From positions 83,813-147,812 of the forward strand of contig JBGPJF010000001.1 in NCBI GenBank assembly GCA_041485285.1: a DNA stretch of 64,000 nucleotides, written 5' to 3'. This document shows positions 37,815 to 47,900 of this stretch, in pieces. Every line of letters begins with the position of its first letter. Position 1 is the first letter of the stretch. A program made the position numbers and the translations under genes. The notes beneath the pieces were generated by a model. That model had not been told where the DNA came from, did not search any database, and saw only the letters and a list, made by a program, of their open reading frames with translations. This DNA is from Thermoplasmata archaeon (GTDB lineage Archaea; Thermoplasmatota; DTKX01; DATEUP01).

Positions 37815-38018
37815 ATGAGCAACACAACCATCACGGTAAGGACCGAGACACGGGACAAGCTCGCCGCCTTGAAAATGGATGGACGATACAAGAACCTGGA
37901 TGCTCTCATCGACGAACTTCTCATTGAATTCCGTCGCAAGAAGCTACGCGAGACGAGCATTCTAATGCGGCGGAAAATGAAAGAGAAAGGCCTCACCCTC
38001 AGGGACCTGATCAGGTGA
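37815..38018 (+). CDS. RHH-like antitoxin (VapB-like)
   Basis: MSNTTITVRTETRDKLAALK..DALIDELL; GTGA overlap with the PIN gene. Confidence 0.8.
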   Translation: MSNTTITVRTETRDKLAALKMDGRYKNLDALIDELLIEFRRKKLRETSILMRRKMKEKGLTLRDLIR

Positions 38019-38419
38019 GGGTTGTCATTGACACGAACGTGGTCGTGTCCGCTTTCTACGACCCCGATTCGGTTCCAGGTCGGATCATCGATGCGGGCAC
38101 GACCGGCCGGGTCGCCCTGTGCGCTCCCGAAAGCGTCCGCCTCGAGTTGATTCGCGTCCTTTGCAAGGTGATGGATTGGGCCCCGATCCAGGCTACCGTC
38201 GCCCTCCAAGCGGTTCGAATAGAGTGGGTCCCTGCAGGCATTTTCGCAGATCGCCTCGCTGAGGCCCTGGCACTTCTGCGGGACCCCGACGACGCGCCCG
38301 TTCTTGCCCTAGCCATGGCCATCGGTTGCGACATCATTTCGGGCGATCGAGATTTGCAGGTGGTCAAGGTTAAGGGAATTCGTATTTGGCGCCCCTCGGA
38401 ATTCGAGGGGCGCCCGTGA
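38015..38419 (+). CDS. PIN-domain toxin (VapC-like)
   Basis: VVIDTNVVVSAF, LEL, RDPDDAPVLALA, IISGDRDL. Confidence 0.9.
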   Translation: MRVVIDTNVVVSAFYDPDSVPGRIIDAGTTGRVALCAPESVRLELIRVLCKVMDWAPIQATVALQAVRIEWVPAGIFADRLAEALALLRDPDDAPVLALAMAIGCDIISGDRDLQVVKVKGIRIWRPSEFEGRP

Positions 38420-38430
38420 ATTCCGGCCAC

Positions 38431-39633
38431 TCACGCGGCCAACATGCTCTCGAACTCTTTCACCACTTCGGGGTACTTCTTCTGCACGGCCTTCAGGATC
38501 TCCAGCGTCGTGACTTTCTTAAACTCCACGCCCTGCAGCGCGTCGATGACCTTGTTCAGCGACTCGTCGGACATTTTCATCATGGTTTCCTTCGCCATGT
38601 AATTGCGCATCAGCTGCTCTTCGAGCTCGTCGCGCCAGGTCTTCTCGTAGAGCTGCAGGAACTTCACGCTGAAGTTGTGCGCGTCCCACGCCGCCTTGGC
38701 GACGTCGCCGGCGATCTTCCCCGAAATGCACGCGTTTGCAACTCCGCCGCCAGTGAGCGGGTCCACGAGCCTGGCCGCGTCGCCCACGAGCATGACGCCG
38801 TCCGCGGTCGTCCGCTTGAGCGGCTGCGACACCGAAACGGCGCCCGCCACGTCTTCGATGGATTTGCCCTTCGCGTAGCCGGGGTGGCGCTTGATCCACG
38901 CATCGAGGTAGGTCTTCGCCGTCGCGATCCCCGGCGACGCCTTGAGCGACACGCCGATGCCGACGTTCGCTTCGCCCGGGCCCTTCGGGAAGACCCACAA
39001 ATACCCTTGCGGCGCCACCTTGGCGCCGACGTAGAAGTCGTTGTAGCGCACGTCGCAGTCAACGCCCACGAGCCGGTACTGCAGGCAGGCCTCGATGTCG
39101 CTCGGCTTCAACTGCGTCTTGATCCCGGCCCAAAGGCCGACACGCGACTCGAACCCGTCGGCCGCGATGATGAGCGGCGCACGCAGTTCGACGTCCTTGT
39201 TGAGCTTGCGCGCGTGGACGCCCACCGGGATTCCGTTTTCCACGATGAGCCCGAGCGCGTTCGTCTTCACCCAAACATCCGACCCCGCCCGGATCGCCTC
39301 GCGCGCGAGGAACTTGTCGAACATGTCGCGCTCGACCACGAACCCGGTCTCATTGCCGGCCTGCGCCGCGTCGAGCGTGATGTACTGCTCGTTGGGAGCG
39401 AAGATGCGCGCCCCGTCAACTTCGTTGGCAATCCAGTCCTTGCCCGGCTTGAGCCCGATCTGGTTCAGCCAGGCGGTCGCGATCCCTTCGCCGCAGCGGA
39501 CGGGGGTGCCGATTTCCTGGCGCTTCTCAATCATGAGCGTCTTGAGTCCGTGAGCGGCCGCCGCCCGCGCGGCGCACGACCCGCCAGGGCCTCCGCCAAT
39601 CACGAGCACTTCGTAATCGTAGCGCTCGGTCAT
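38431..39633 (-). CDS. Digeranylgeranylglycerophospholipid reductase (geranylgeranyl reductase)
   Basis: IGGGPGGS, GTPVRCGEG, YLWVFPKG, VGDAARLVDPLTGGG. Confidence 0.93.
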   Translation of the reverse strand: MTERYDYEVLVIGGGPGGSCAARAAAAHGLKTLMIEKRQEIGTPVRCGEGIATAWLNQIGLKPGKDWIANEVDGARIFAPNEQYITLDAAQAGNETGFVVERDMFDKFLAREAIRAGSDVWVKTNALGLIVENGIPVGVHARKLNKDVELRAPLIIAADGFESRVGLWAGIKTQLKPSDIEACLQYRLVGVDCDVRYNDFYVGAKVAPQGYLWVFPKGPGEANVGIGVSLKASPGIATAKTYLDAWIKRHPGYAKGKSIEDVAGAVSVSQPLKRTTADGVMLVGDAARLVDPLTGGGVANACISGKIAGDVAKAAWDAHNFSVKFLQLYEKTWRDELEEQLMRNYMAKETMMKMSDESLNKVIDALQGVEFKKVTTLEILKAVQKKYPEVVKEFESMLAA

Positions 39634-39642
39634 TGCGCTCCC

Positions 39643-39852
39643 TCAGGTCGTGGTGCGGATCTTCGGCTTCATTTTCTCGGTGCCGGGGATCGGCGAGATG
39701 GCCCCGACGGGGCACACGCGGTCGCACATGCCGCAGTCCACGCACCTTTCGTTGAACGCGATGTGCATGTCGAAGAGCGTGATGGCGTCGAAGGGGCAGG
39801 TGCCCACGCACGCGGAGCAGTGCATGCAGGTGTCACGGTCGACTTGGCGCAT
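39643..39852 (-). CDS. 2x[4Fe-4S] ferredoxin
   Basis: CMHCSACVGTCP and CVDCGMCDRVCP; directly upstream of GGR. Confidence 0.95.
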   Translation of the reverse strand: MRQVDRDTCMHCSACVGTCPFDAITLFDMHIAFNERCVDCGMCDRVCPVGAISPIPGTEKMKPKIRTTT

Positions 39853-40007
39853 GGGGGGGGTCTCCAGGGAGGTTCGTGCGCGGAAGAGCGCTCGCGCCGG
39901 GCCTGCAGGGGGAGATTTCCACCCGCAAAGCAGGTTTCTTATCGAGGGTTCGCGTATAAGAGTTTTGTAGCGTCGGCGTGGACAACGCCGGCCTTGGAGG
40001 GTAGGAA

Positions 40008-40811
40008 ATGGTCTCGGCCAGAGAGCTTACGGAGCATCTTGCCGGATTTGGGATTGACCTGAAGGCTCTCAACATCGACCTGGGGCGCGAGCTTGAGGAG
40101 GCCGTTGGGAGGCTCGAGCTCGTGGGGCTCACGACCTACGAGGCGCGCGCGTACATTGCGCTGATTGGGCTCGGCGTGGGGACCGCGGAGATCGTGTCGA
40201 ACACGGCCGAGATTCCGCGCACCTCCGCGTACAAGGTGTTGCAAGCGCTCGAACGAAAAGGTTTCGTGACCTCCACCGACGGCCGACCGCAGAACTTCCG
40301 CCCGAACTCACCCGACGTCGTCCAAAAGCGAGTGGCCTCGGACCTCGATGAGACCTTCAGCAAGCTGCAGCTCCTGCATGAGCTCTCGTCGCAGCGCGGG
40401 ATGCCGCAACTCATTTTCACGATTACGGGGAAGGACCGCGTGATCCAGAAAATCGCGGACATCATCAAGACGACGACCCAGAGCCTTTGGCTTTCGACGC
40501 CGGCCTACGGACAGCTGCGCGAAGCCATCGACAAGCTGGTGCTTGATGCGGCCAAGCGCGGCGTGCAGGTGACGATCATCACGGACGCGGCGCAGGGCGT
40601 TCCGCCCGCCACGGCGGAGAAGGTGCGGCTGATCCGCAGGCCGCGGCTGATCGCGACGGACATGGTGGCCGACGGGCGGCAGGCGCTCATCGCGTCGGCC
40701 GAGCTCGACGCGTGCGGGCATGTGGACAACCCGATGCTCGCCGAGCACCTGCACCGGTTCTTTGACGCGGTGATGGACACGGCGGGCGAAGCTACACCGG
40801 CAACACGGTGA
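40008..40811 (+). CDS. TrmB-family transcriptional regulator
   Basis: GLTTYEARAYIAL..IPRTSAYKVLQALERKGFV with a C-terminal PLD-like effector domain. Confidence 0.9.
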   Translation: MVSARELTEHLAGFGIDLKALNIDLGRELEEAVGRLELVGLTTYEARAYIALIGLGVGTAEIVSNTAEIPRTSAYKVLQALERKGFVTSTDGRPQNFRPNSPDVVQKRVASDLDETFSKLQLLHELSSQRGMPQLIFTITGKDRVIQKIADIIKTTTQSLWLSTPAYGQLREAIDKLVLDAAKRGVQVTIITDAAQGVPPATAEKVRLIRRPRLIATDMVADGRQALIASAELDACGHVDNPMLAEHLHRFFDAVMDTAGEATPATR

Positions 40812-41196
40812 GGCCAAACGCGGCGAGCCGCCCAAAGTGGTCCTCATCATCTGTCACGACCACACCATCCCCATGCGCGACTGCGGTGGCCGCGATGAAG
40901 ATGTCCATGTCAGGAATTGGTTGTCCGCGTTCCTCGAGGTAGGACGACATTTTCGCGGCCAGCCGTGCCGCTTCCGCATAGAACGGCAACACACGGAACG
41001 TCTCGCGCAGGCGCCGGATCCCGACGGCTTCTGCCTCAGGGTCAGGAGCCCGGCGGACCCCTCGCCAAAGTTCGAAAACCACGTGAGGGGTGATGAACAA
41101 GTCCCGCTTGGCCCGGATGAGGGCCTCAACCTCGCGGGTAGCGAGGCGATCCCGCCGTAGGAGGTCAATCACGGCCTGGGTGTCGAGTGTCGGCGT
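40792..41196 (-). CDS. PIN-domain toxin (VapC-like), probable ACG start
   Basis: PTLDTQAVIDLL, VVFEL, IPDMDIFIAATA, VVTDDEDHF. No in-frame ATG/GTG/TTG between 41400 and the catalytic Asp. Confidence 0.85.
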   Translation of the reverse strand, partial: TPTLDTQAVIDLLRRDRLATREVEALIRAKRDLFITPHVVFELWRGVRRAPDPEAEAVGIRRLRETFRVLPFYAEAARLAAKMSSYLEERGQPIPDMDIFIAATAVAHGDGVVVTDDEDHFGRLAAFGLTVLPV

Positions 41197-41375
41197 TTTG
41201 AGCGCCCCCTGGGTCTCGACGGGTGGCCTGTGTGCCTCTCGTCGTAGACGCTTTGGATGGCGTCGGCCAGGTCGGGCCTCGGGCCGATCTCTCGGAGGAG
41301 CTCGATGAGCCCCTCGGCGTTGGACCGGCGCCCCGGCTTCCTCTCCGCCTTTGTTGGGGACACTCGCTTTGCCAT
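41169..41375 (-). CDS. Putative antitoxin of the third VapBC locus
   Basis: Short ORF MAKRVSP..GLIELLREIG..LADAIQSVYDER upstream of and overlapping the PIN gene; TTATAT box near 41400. Confidence 0.65.
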   Translation of the reverse strand: MAKRVSPTKAERKPGRRSNAEGLIELLREIGPRPDLADAIQSVYDERHTGHPSRPRGRSKRRHSTPRP

Positions 41376-41451
41376 CACTCCGCCTTCGATGGCCGGACAT
41401 ATAATCATGCGGGCCAGTAGGCCGAATGCATCGAAGGCAAGGAGATCTCGA

Positions 41452-41928
41452 CTAGCCTAGGGCCCGCTGCCCCGCTTCAAGGGCGAGCAACTTTCTCTTC
41501 ACCGCGATTCCCCCGCCGAAGCCCGTCAGGCTCCCGTCCGCGCCGACGGCGCGGTGGCAGGGCACGATGATGGGGATGGGGTTCGCGCCGTTTGCGGCGC
41601 CCACCGCGCGCGCTGCGGTGGGCTGACCGATCCGGCGCGCGAGTTCACCGTACGAAACCGTTTCGCCGTAAGGGATCTTGCGCAGCTCGTCCCATACGCT
41701 TCGTTGAAACGGCGTCCCCTCCGCCGCAAGCGGGACATCGAACGCGCGCCGCCCGCGCTCGAGGTATTCCTCCAGCTGGCTCTGCGCATCGCGCACCACG
41801 CCGGCGCGCGACTTGACCCACGATGCACGCGGGCCTCCTTCGCGCTCAAAGTGGACGTAGCGGACCGCGCGGCTGTCGCCGGCCACGGTGAGGGCGCCGA
41901 TGGCGGTCGGGAAGGTGCGGTACTCCAT
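41452..41928 (-). CDS. ogt: Methylated-DNA-protein cysteine methyltransferase
   Basis: IPYGETVSYGELA, ARAVGAANGANP, IVPCHRAV. Confidence 0.95.
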   Translation of the reverse strand: MEYRTFPTAIGALTVAGDSRAVRYVHFEREGGPRASWVKSRAGVVRDAQSQLEEYLERGRRAFDVPLAAEGTPFQRSVWDELRKIPYGETVSYGELARRIGQPTAARAVGAANGANPIPIIVPCHRAVGADGSLTGFGGGIAVKRKLLALEAGQRALG

Positions 41929-42010
41929 GGGGGCAAGCTCGGACACGATCATGTCCACCCGCTCGGAACGTGCGCATATAAGGCGGAAGGGGGGGTCGCC
42001 GAAAGCGCCC

Positions 42011-43486
42011 TCACGCGTCCTTCCACGTCAGGATCGGCTTCCTTGCCGCCTCGACCTCGTCCACGCGGGCGACCGCCGTGTTGTGCGGGGCGCTCTTCAC
42101 GAGCTCGGGGTCCTCCTTCGCGATCGTGAGAAGGGCGTCGCAGATCGCGTCGAGGTCCTCCTTGGTTTCTGTCTCGGTGGGCTCTATCATGATAGACTCC
42201 TCGACGATCATCGGGAAGTACACGGTGGGCGCGTGGATGCCGTAATCGAGCAGGCGCTTCGCTATGTCGGCGACCCGCAAGCCCGTCGCGTCGCGAATCT
42301 TCACGCCCGAGAGCACCGTCTCGTGCATCCGCGGCGACTGGGGGCTGATGTCCATCGGATAGGTATCCTTCAGGCGGTGGTGAATGTAATTCGCGCCGAG
42401 GACGGCCATCTCCGTGTTCTCGGTGAGGCCGTCGGCGCCGAAGAGCCGGATGTAGGTGTAGCCGCGGACGAACATCCCGCCGTTGCCCCAGTACCCCTTG
42501 ACGCGGCCGATCGTGTGGGGGCGGTCGTAATCCCAGTAGTACTTGCCGTCCCTGAGACCCACGAGAGGGACCGGCAGGAAGGGCGCGAGCTTCTCGACGA
42601 CGCCGATGGGCCCCGCGCCCGGGCCGCCGCCGCCGTGGGGCGTCGAGAAGGTCTTGTGCAGGTTGAAGTGAACCATGTCGAACCCCATCACGCCTGGGTT
42701 CGTCTTCCCGAGAATCGCGTTGAAATTCGCGCCGTCGTAGTAGAGGAGTGCGCCCACGTCGTGGACGATCTTGGCGACCTCGCCGATGTTGCGCTCGAAG
42801 AGGCCGAGCGTCGAGGGGTTCGTAATCATGAACGCGGCGGTCTTCTCCTTGGACACGGCAGCGCGCAAGCCCTCCAGGTCAACCGCACCGTTCTTCGAGG
42901 GGATCTCAACCACGTCGTAGCCGGCCATCGCGGCCGAGGCGGGGTTGGTGCCGTGCGCCGAATCCGGCACAACCACTTCGTGCCGGTGCCCTTCGCCGCG
43001 CGACTCGTGGTACGCGCGGGTGACGAGCATCGAGGTCCATTCGCCTTGGGCGCCTGCGGCCGGCTGGATCGTAACCGTGTGCATCCCCGAGATCGCGGCA
43101 AGCCACAGCTGCAGCTTGTGCATGATTTCGAGCATCCCCTGCGCGTGCAGCGCGGGAGAGGCCGGGTGCAAGCGTGCGAACTTAGGGTTGGCCGCGACTT
43201 CCTCGTTGACCTTCGGGTTGTACTTCATCGTGCACGAGCCGAGCGGGTAGGGGCCCGAATCGATTCCGAAGTTCATCTGCGAGAGGCGCGTGTAGTGGCG
43301 CACGACGCGAGGCTCGGGGACATTGGGGAGCGTAAGCGGGGTCTTGCGCGCGAGCTTGGCCGGGAGCCACGCGGCGTCGAAGGCCTTGAGCGTCTTGCCG
43401 GTCCACGCGTCGGTCTTCGAGCCCTTGAGTTCGTTGATGAGGGGCTCGTCGTAGCGCGCCTGCCGGAAGCTAGTGTCGGGCGCCAT
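42011..43486 (-). CDS. gcvPB: Glycine dehydrogenase (decarboxylating) subunit 2
   Basis: [48 protein letters not shown]. Confidence 0.97.
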   Translation of the reverse strand: MAPDTSFRQARYDEPLINELKGSKTDAWTGKTLKAFDAAWLPAKLARKTPLTLPNVPEPRVVRHYTRLSQMNFGIDSGPYPLGSCTMKYNPKVNEEVAANPKFARLHPASPALHAQGMLEIMHKLQLWLAAISGMHTVTIQPAAGAQGEWTSMLVTRAYHESRGEGHRHEVVVPDSAHGTNPASAAMAGYDVVEIPSKNGAVDLEGLRAAVSKEKTAAFMITNPSTLGLFERNIGEVAKIVHDVGALLYYDGANFNAILGKTNPGVMGFDMVHFNLHKTFSTPHGGGGPGAGPIGVVEKLAPFLPVPLVGLRDGKYYWDYDRPHTIGRVKGYWGNGGMFVRGYTYIRLFGADGLTENTEMAVLGANYIHHRLKDTYPMDISPQSPRMHETVLSGVKIRDATGLRVADIAKRLLDYGIHAPTVYFPMIVEESIMIEPTETETKEDLDAICDALLTIAKEDPELVKSAPHNTAVARVDEVEAARKPILTWKDA

Positions 43487-44880
43487 TAGTGGGCACCTCC
43501 CTTGGCCGTGGCGAGCGGCGCTTTGGGCGCGAGCGTCGTGTGCTTTTCGAGCGCGGCCTTGAGTTTGGCGAGCGCACCCTCGGTTGTGAGTTCGGTGGCT
43601 GCGAGCGTGAGCGACTCGCCAAGCTCGGGGAACGCGCGCGTTTGCGAGATCCCCGGCACGACGCCGTCGTGGGCGCAGGCGTCGGCGAGCCACTCGGCGG
43701 AGCAAGGGACCCCGACAGTGACCTCGTTGAAGTAGGGGCCTTTGAAGAGGGGGGCGCGCAGGCCGGGGACGCCCCTCAGGGTGTCAAGCAGCGCGCGGGC
43801 GTTTGCCATGTTCGTGTGCGCGAGGCGCTCGAGGCCCTCGCGGCCGAGGAGCGCGCAATGGGCGGCAAATGCCAGCGAGAGCAACGATTCGTTGGTGCAG
43901 ATGTTCGACATCGCCTTGGAGCGGCGGATGTGCTGCTCGCGCGTCATCAGCGTCATGCAAAACGCGCGGCGGCCGGTCTTGTCATGGGTCATGCCGATGA
44001 TGCGGCCGGGCATTTTGCGGGTGTGCTCGCGCCGGCAGCCGAAGAGGCCGGTCGTGGGGCCGCCGAACTGGAGCGGGATGCCGACCCCCTGGCCTTCGCC
44101 GATGACGATGTCCGCGCCGTAGGCGGCGGGGGGCTCGAGGACGGCCTGCGCGAGCGGGTCGATGCCCACGACGAGCGGCGTGTCGGCGCCGACGATCCCC
44201 TTCGCTTCGGGGAGGAGCTCTTCGAGCAGGCCGAAGGTGTTCGGCGATTCGATGTAGGCGCCCGAGACTTTGTGCTTCGACACCGCCGCCGAAAGCGCGG
44301 CCGCGCTGATCTGCCCGGTCGCGGGGTCGAACGGCACTTCGACGACTTTCACGGGCGTGCCCGTGAGGTAATTCTTGAGGATCGATTTCTTGTCGGGGTG
44401 GATGGCGCGGGGGATGAGGAACGCGTCGCCCTCTTTGATGCGGTAGGCCATGCGGCCGGCCTCACCCAGGGCGGTCGACCCGTCATACATCGAGGTGTTG
44501 ACCGAATCCATGCCGGTGAGTTCGCCGACGATGGACTGGTACTCGAAGAGGCACTGGAGCATGCCCTGCGAGATCTCGGCCTGGTACGGGGTGTAAGCGG
44601 TGTAGAATTCGGAGCGCGAGACGATGGAGCGGAGCGCGGGCGAGAGGTACCGGTTGTAGAAGCCTTGGCCGAGGAACGAGGCGGTGTCGTCGGCGGTCTG
44701 GTTTTTGGCAAGGAGGCCGAACACCTCCGCGAGCACTTCGCCCTCGCCGATCCCGTTGGGGACGCCCTTGAGGGGCACGCGGAAGTTCTTGGGGATGTCG
44801 CTGAAGAGGTCCTCGACGCTCCCCGCGCCGATGGCGGCGAGGAGCTCATCGCGGCGGGAGGAGTTGGCGGCGTACGGCAC
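43486..44880 (-). CDS. gcvPA: Glycine dehydrogenase (decarboxylating) subunit 1
   Basis: [41 protein letters not shown]-coupled to gcvPB. Confidence 0.97.
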   Translation of the reverse strand: MPYAANSSRRDELLAAIGAGSVEDLFSDIPKNFRVPLKGVPNGIGEGEVLAEVFGLLAKNQTADDTASFLGQGFYNRYLSPALRSIVSRSEFYTAYTPYQAEISQGMLQCLFEYQSIVGELTGMDSVNTSMYDGSTALGEAGRMAYRIKEGDAFLIPRAIHPDKKSILKNYLTGTPVKVVEVPFDPATGQISAAALSAAVSKHKVSGAYIESPNTFGLLEELLPEAKGIVGADTPLVVGIDPLAQAVLEPPAAYGADIVIGEGQGVGIPLQFGGPTTGLFGCRREHTRKMPGRIIGMTHDKTGRRAFCMTLMTREQHIRRSKAMSNICTNESLLSLAFAAHCALLGREGLERLAHTNMANARALLDTLRGVPGLRAPLFKGPYFNEVTVGVPCSAEWLADACAHDGVVPGISQTRAFPELGESLTLAATELTTEGALAKLKAALEKHTTLAPKAPLATAKGGAH

Positions 44881-44971
44881 GGGGTTTCCTCGAGGGGTAG
44901 GCGGGCGGATCAGGGGTGGGCGGAAAAAACCTTCGTGGGTGGTGAGGGCAAAACGGGGTGAGCCAGCGTGC

Positions 44972-47900
44972 TTAGGGAGGCGCGAGGGTGGTCCCGCAGT
45001 TGGGGCACACTGCCCAGCCGGCCTCCGTGGGTTCGCTGCACTGCGGGCATTTGGCGGGGGCGGGGGCCGTTGCGAGTTCGGCGGGCGGTGCGGGGGCGGC
45101 TGCGAGTTCGGCAGGCGGTGCGGGGGCGGCTGCGAGTTCGGCAGGCGGTGCGGGGGCGGCTGCGAGTTCGGCGGGCGGTGCGGGGGCGCTTGCCGGCTCG
45201 GGGGGCGCAACAACGGCGGGGGTCGGTTCAACGGGTGCAGCGGGCGGCGCAGCGCTCTCGGCGCTTGCCGGCGGGGGCGCGGCTTCCCCCGGCGCGCGCA
45301 GGTCGGCGCTGCAATTGGGACAGAGCACCCACTCGGCCTCGACGGGGGAGGCGCACTTCGGGCAGGACAACGACGGCGAGGGCGGCGCGGCTGCAGGTGC
45401 GGCGGCTGTAAGTTCGGCCGCAGGGGCAAGCGGCGGGGCAGAGCGGGTGCCTTGCGGAGGCGGGCGCCATCCCGGGGGCGGCGGCCCGCGCGCACCGGGA
45501 GGAGGACGCGCGCCCGGCGGGGGCCTTGTGCCTTGCGGAGGCGGGCGCCATCCCGGAGGTGGCGGACCTCGTGCACCGGGAGGAGGACGCGCGCCCGGCG
45601 GGGGCGGCGATCGGCCGCCTTGCGGCGGAGGCCGCCAGCCGGGAGGCGGCGGGCCTCCTTGGCCCGGAGGCGGCGGGCCTCCTTGGCCCGGAGGCGGCGG
45701 GCCCCGTTGGCCCGGAGGCGGCGGACCCCGTTGGCCCGGAGGCGGCGGGCCCCGTTGGCCCGGAGGCGGCGGACCCCGTTGGCCCGGAGGCGGCGGACCC
45801 CGTTGGCCCGGAGGCGGCGGGCGCGCACCGGCAGGAGGCGCCGACCGCGGCGGGGGCCGACCCGCAAACGGCGGCCCCTGAGGCGGCGCTCCTTGCGGGC
45901 GCGGAGGTGGGCGCCAACCCGCGGGCGGCGCGGGCCGTGGCTGGGCAGCAGGAGCCGCCGACCGCGGCGGTGGCGCAGCCACCGTTGCCTGCACCGGCGG
46001 CGCCGGAGCAGGGGGGAGAGGCGCGGCCGCTAGATCCACGGGGGCGGGCTCCTTCGCCCTGCGGCGCCGCACGACGACGACCGCGGCGACCCCCGCTCCT
46101 GCGGCCACCGCGATGAGCGCGATGTAGAGGCCCCACGGGGTCGTGACGACGGCCGCCACGTTGACCGTCGCCGCCATCGTGTTGTCCGCCTCGGCGGATT
46201 CGTCGACTGCGTTCAGGCTGTCCACGACCGCCGTAAGGTGAGCCCCCGTCTCCGCGGTCCAGTTGCCCGTGAATGAGACGGTCTGCCCGGGCTCCATCCG
46301 GGGGAGGGTCGCGCTGAAGCGAGCGAGTGCGCCGTTGCGCACTTCGAGCACCGCGCCGCCAAGGTAGGGCGCCGGCGAATCGTTCTTCACAGTGATCTCG
46401 AACTTCAGCGCCTCGCCGGCGGTGGCCGATGTGACCACCTGGTTGCCCCGCAGCACTTCGAACCGCTCGACGAGCAGGTTCGGGGTCTGCGTGGTGATGT
46501 AGGTGATGTCCTTCACCGCCACGTTGTTCGCGCGGTCGGCCTCCACCACGGCCCCTGCGCGGTCGGCCACCGCGAAGATCTGCGCCGCGCCGGCGGCCGG
46601 CAGCGACACGAACCACTGGACCTGCAGCTTGATGGTGTCGCCCGCCGCAAAGGGCGCGCTCACATTGCGCTCGGCGAGTTTCACGTGGTCAAGCGCGTCG
46701 GGGTCGCCCGCGAACAGTTCGAACACGAACGGGCGGTCCACGTTTGCCGTCCCGCCGTTGGTGACCTCCGCCGACACCGTGACATTGAGCTGCGGGTAGA
46801 GGGCCGTCGTCTCGACGCCGGCCGACTTTACGCTCACCGCCCCCACCGAGAGGTCGGGGGACTCCGGCCGCACCCCGAGCGCCTTGACGGCTTGGTTGTC
46901 GAACTCGTCGAACTCGTCGGTGCTGCGCCCCACATCGAGGGTCACATAGAACAGCACGGTGCCCGGCTCGGCGACCCACGGGAAGGACACGACCGCATCG
47001 GTGTTGCGCACGAGCGAATCCGGCAGCGGCTTCTTCACGATGTTGGGCGCAAGCGGCGTGACCCACGGGTTCACGTGCGAGATCGCGACTTCCCCCGCAA
47101 GCGTCGTGTTGACGCCCGTGTTGCGGAAGGTGACCTCGACGACCACCGGCGCGCCCGCCTGGGTCTCGTTGACGCGCTCTCCGAGCACGGTGAAGCGGAC
47201 CGACTGCATCGCGAGGTTCGCGCGCAGGTCTCCCTGGACATGCACCGACGCGTAGTTCTTGTTGTTCTGGTCGTCGGCTTCGAAGACCTCGTGGCCGAAG
47301 TCCGCATAGGCGTAGAGGGTGCGCTGGCCGACCTCCGCGGCCCACGTCCCGCGGACCTCCGCCGTCGAGTTGGGGGCAAGCCCGCCCGGCACGGTGCGCG
47401 TCCACAGGAGTTCGCCACCCGCGTCGGGGTCGCCGAGGAACACGCCCATGGTGAAGGCGCCCTCCACGGCCTGCGTGCCGATGTTGCGCACCGACGCGCG
47501 GATGACAAGGAGCTGGCCCAGCGAGACTTCGTTCGTGGGGTTGTTCTGGAAAGTGATGCTTACCCCGGGCACGATGAGGTCGGAGGGCGGGCTGTCGGTG
47601 ACCGTGAAGTTGAGGCGGACTTCGTTGTTGTTCTCGTTCGATTCGTTGACGAGGTTGCCTTGGTCGACGACCATGATGAGCGAGAGGTTGCCGGCGATTG
47701 CCGAGAAGTTCACATAGAGCGACCGCGACTCGCCTGCGGCAAGGAGCGAGCGGGTGTCCTCGGCAAGCTTGGCGGGCGCGCCCGACCCCTCGAGGTAGAC
47801 GCCGAAGGTGAACGCGCCGATCCGGTCGGTGAGGCCGACGTTTGCGATCGTCATGTTGGCGCGGACGATTTGGCCGGGCCGCGCGCCGTCGGTGCGCAGT

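Noticed and set aside
38431-39852. Ferredoxin-GGR pairing as a novel system
   Set aside because: Ferredoxin-dependent archaeal geranylgeranyl reductase clusters are already known.
45639-45821. 24-bp direct repeats as a CRISPR array
   Set aside because: The repeats are contiguous with no spacers, in frame within a CDS, and there are no cas genes.
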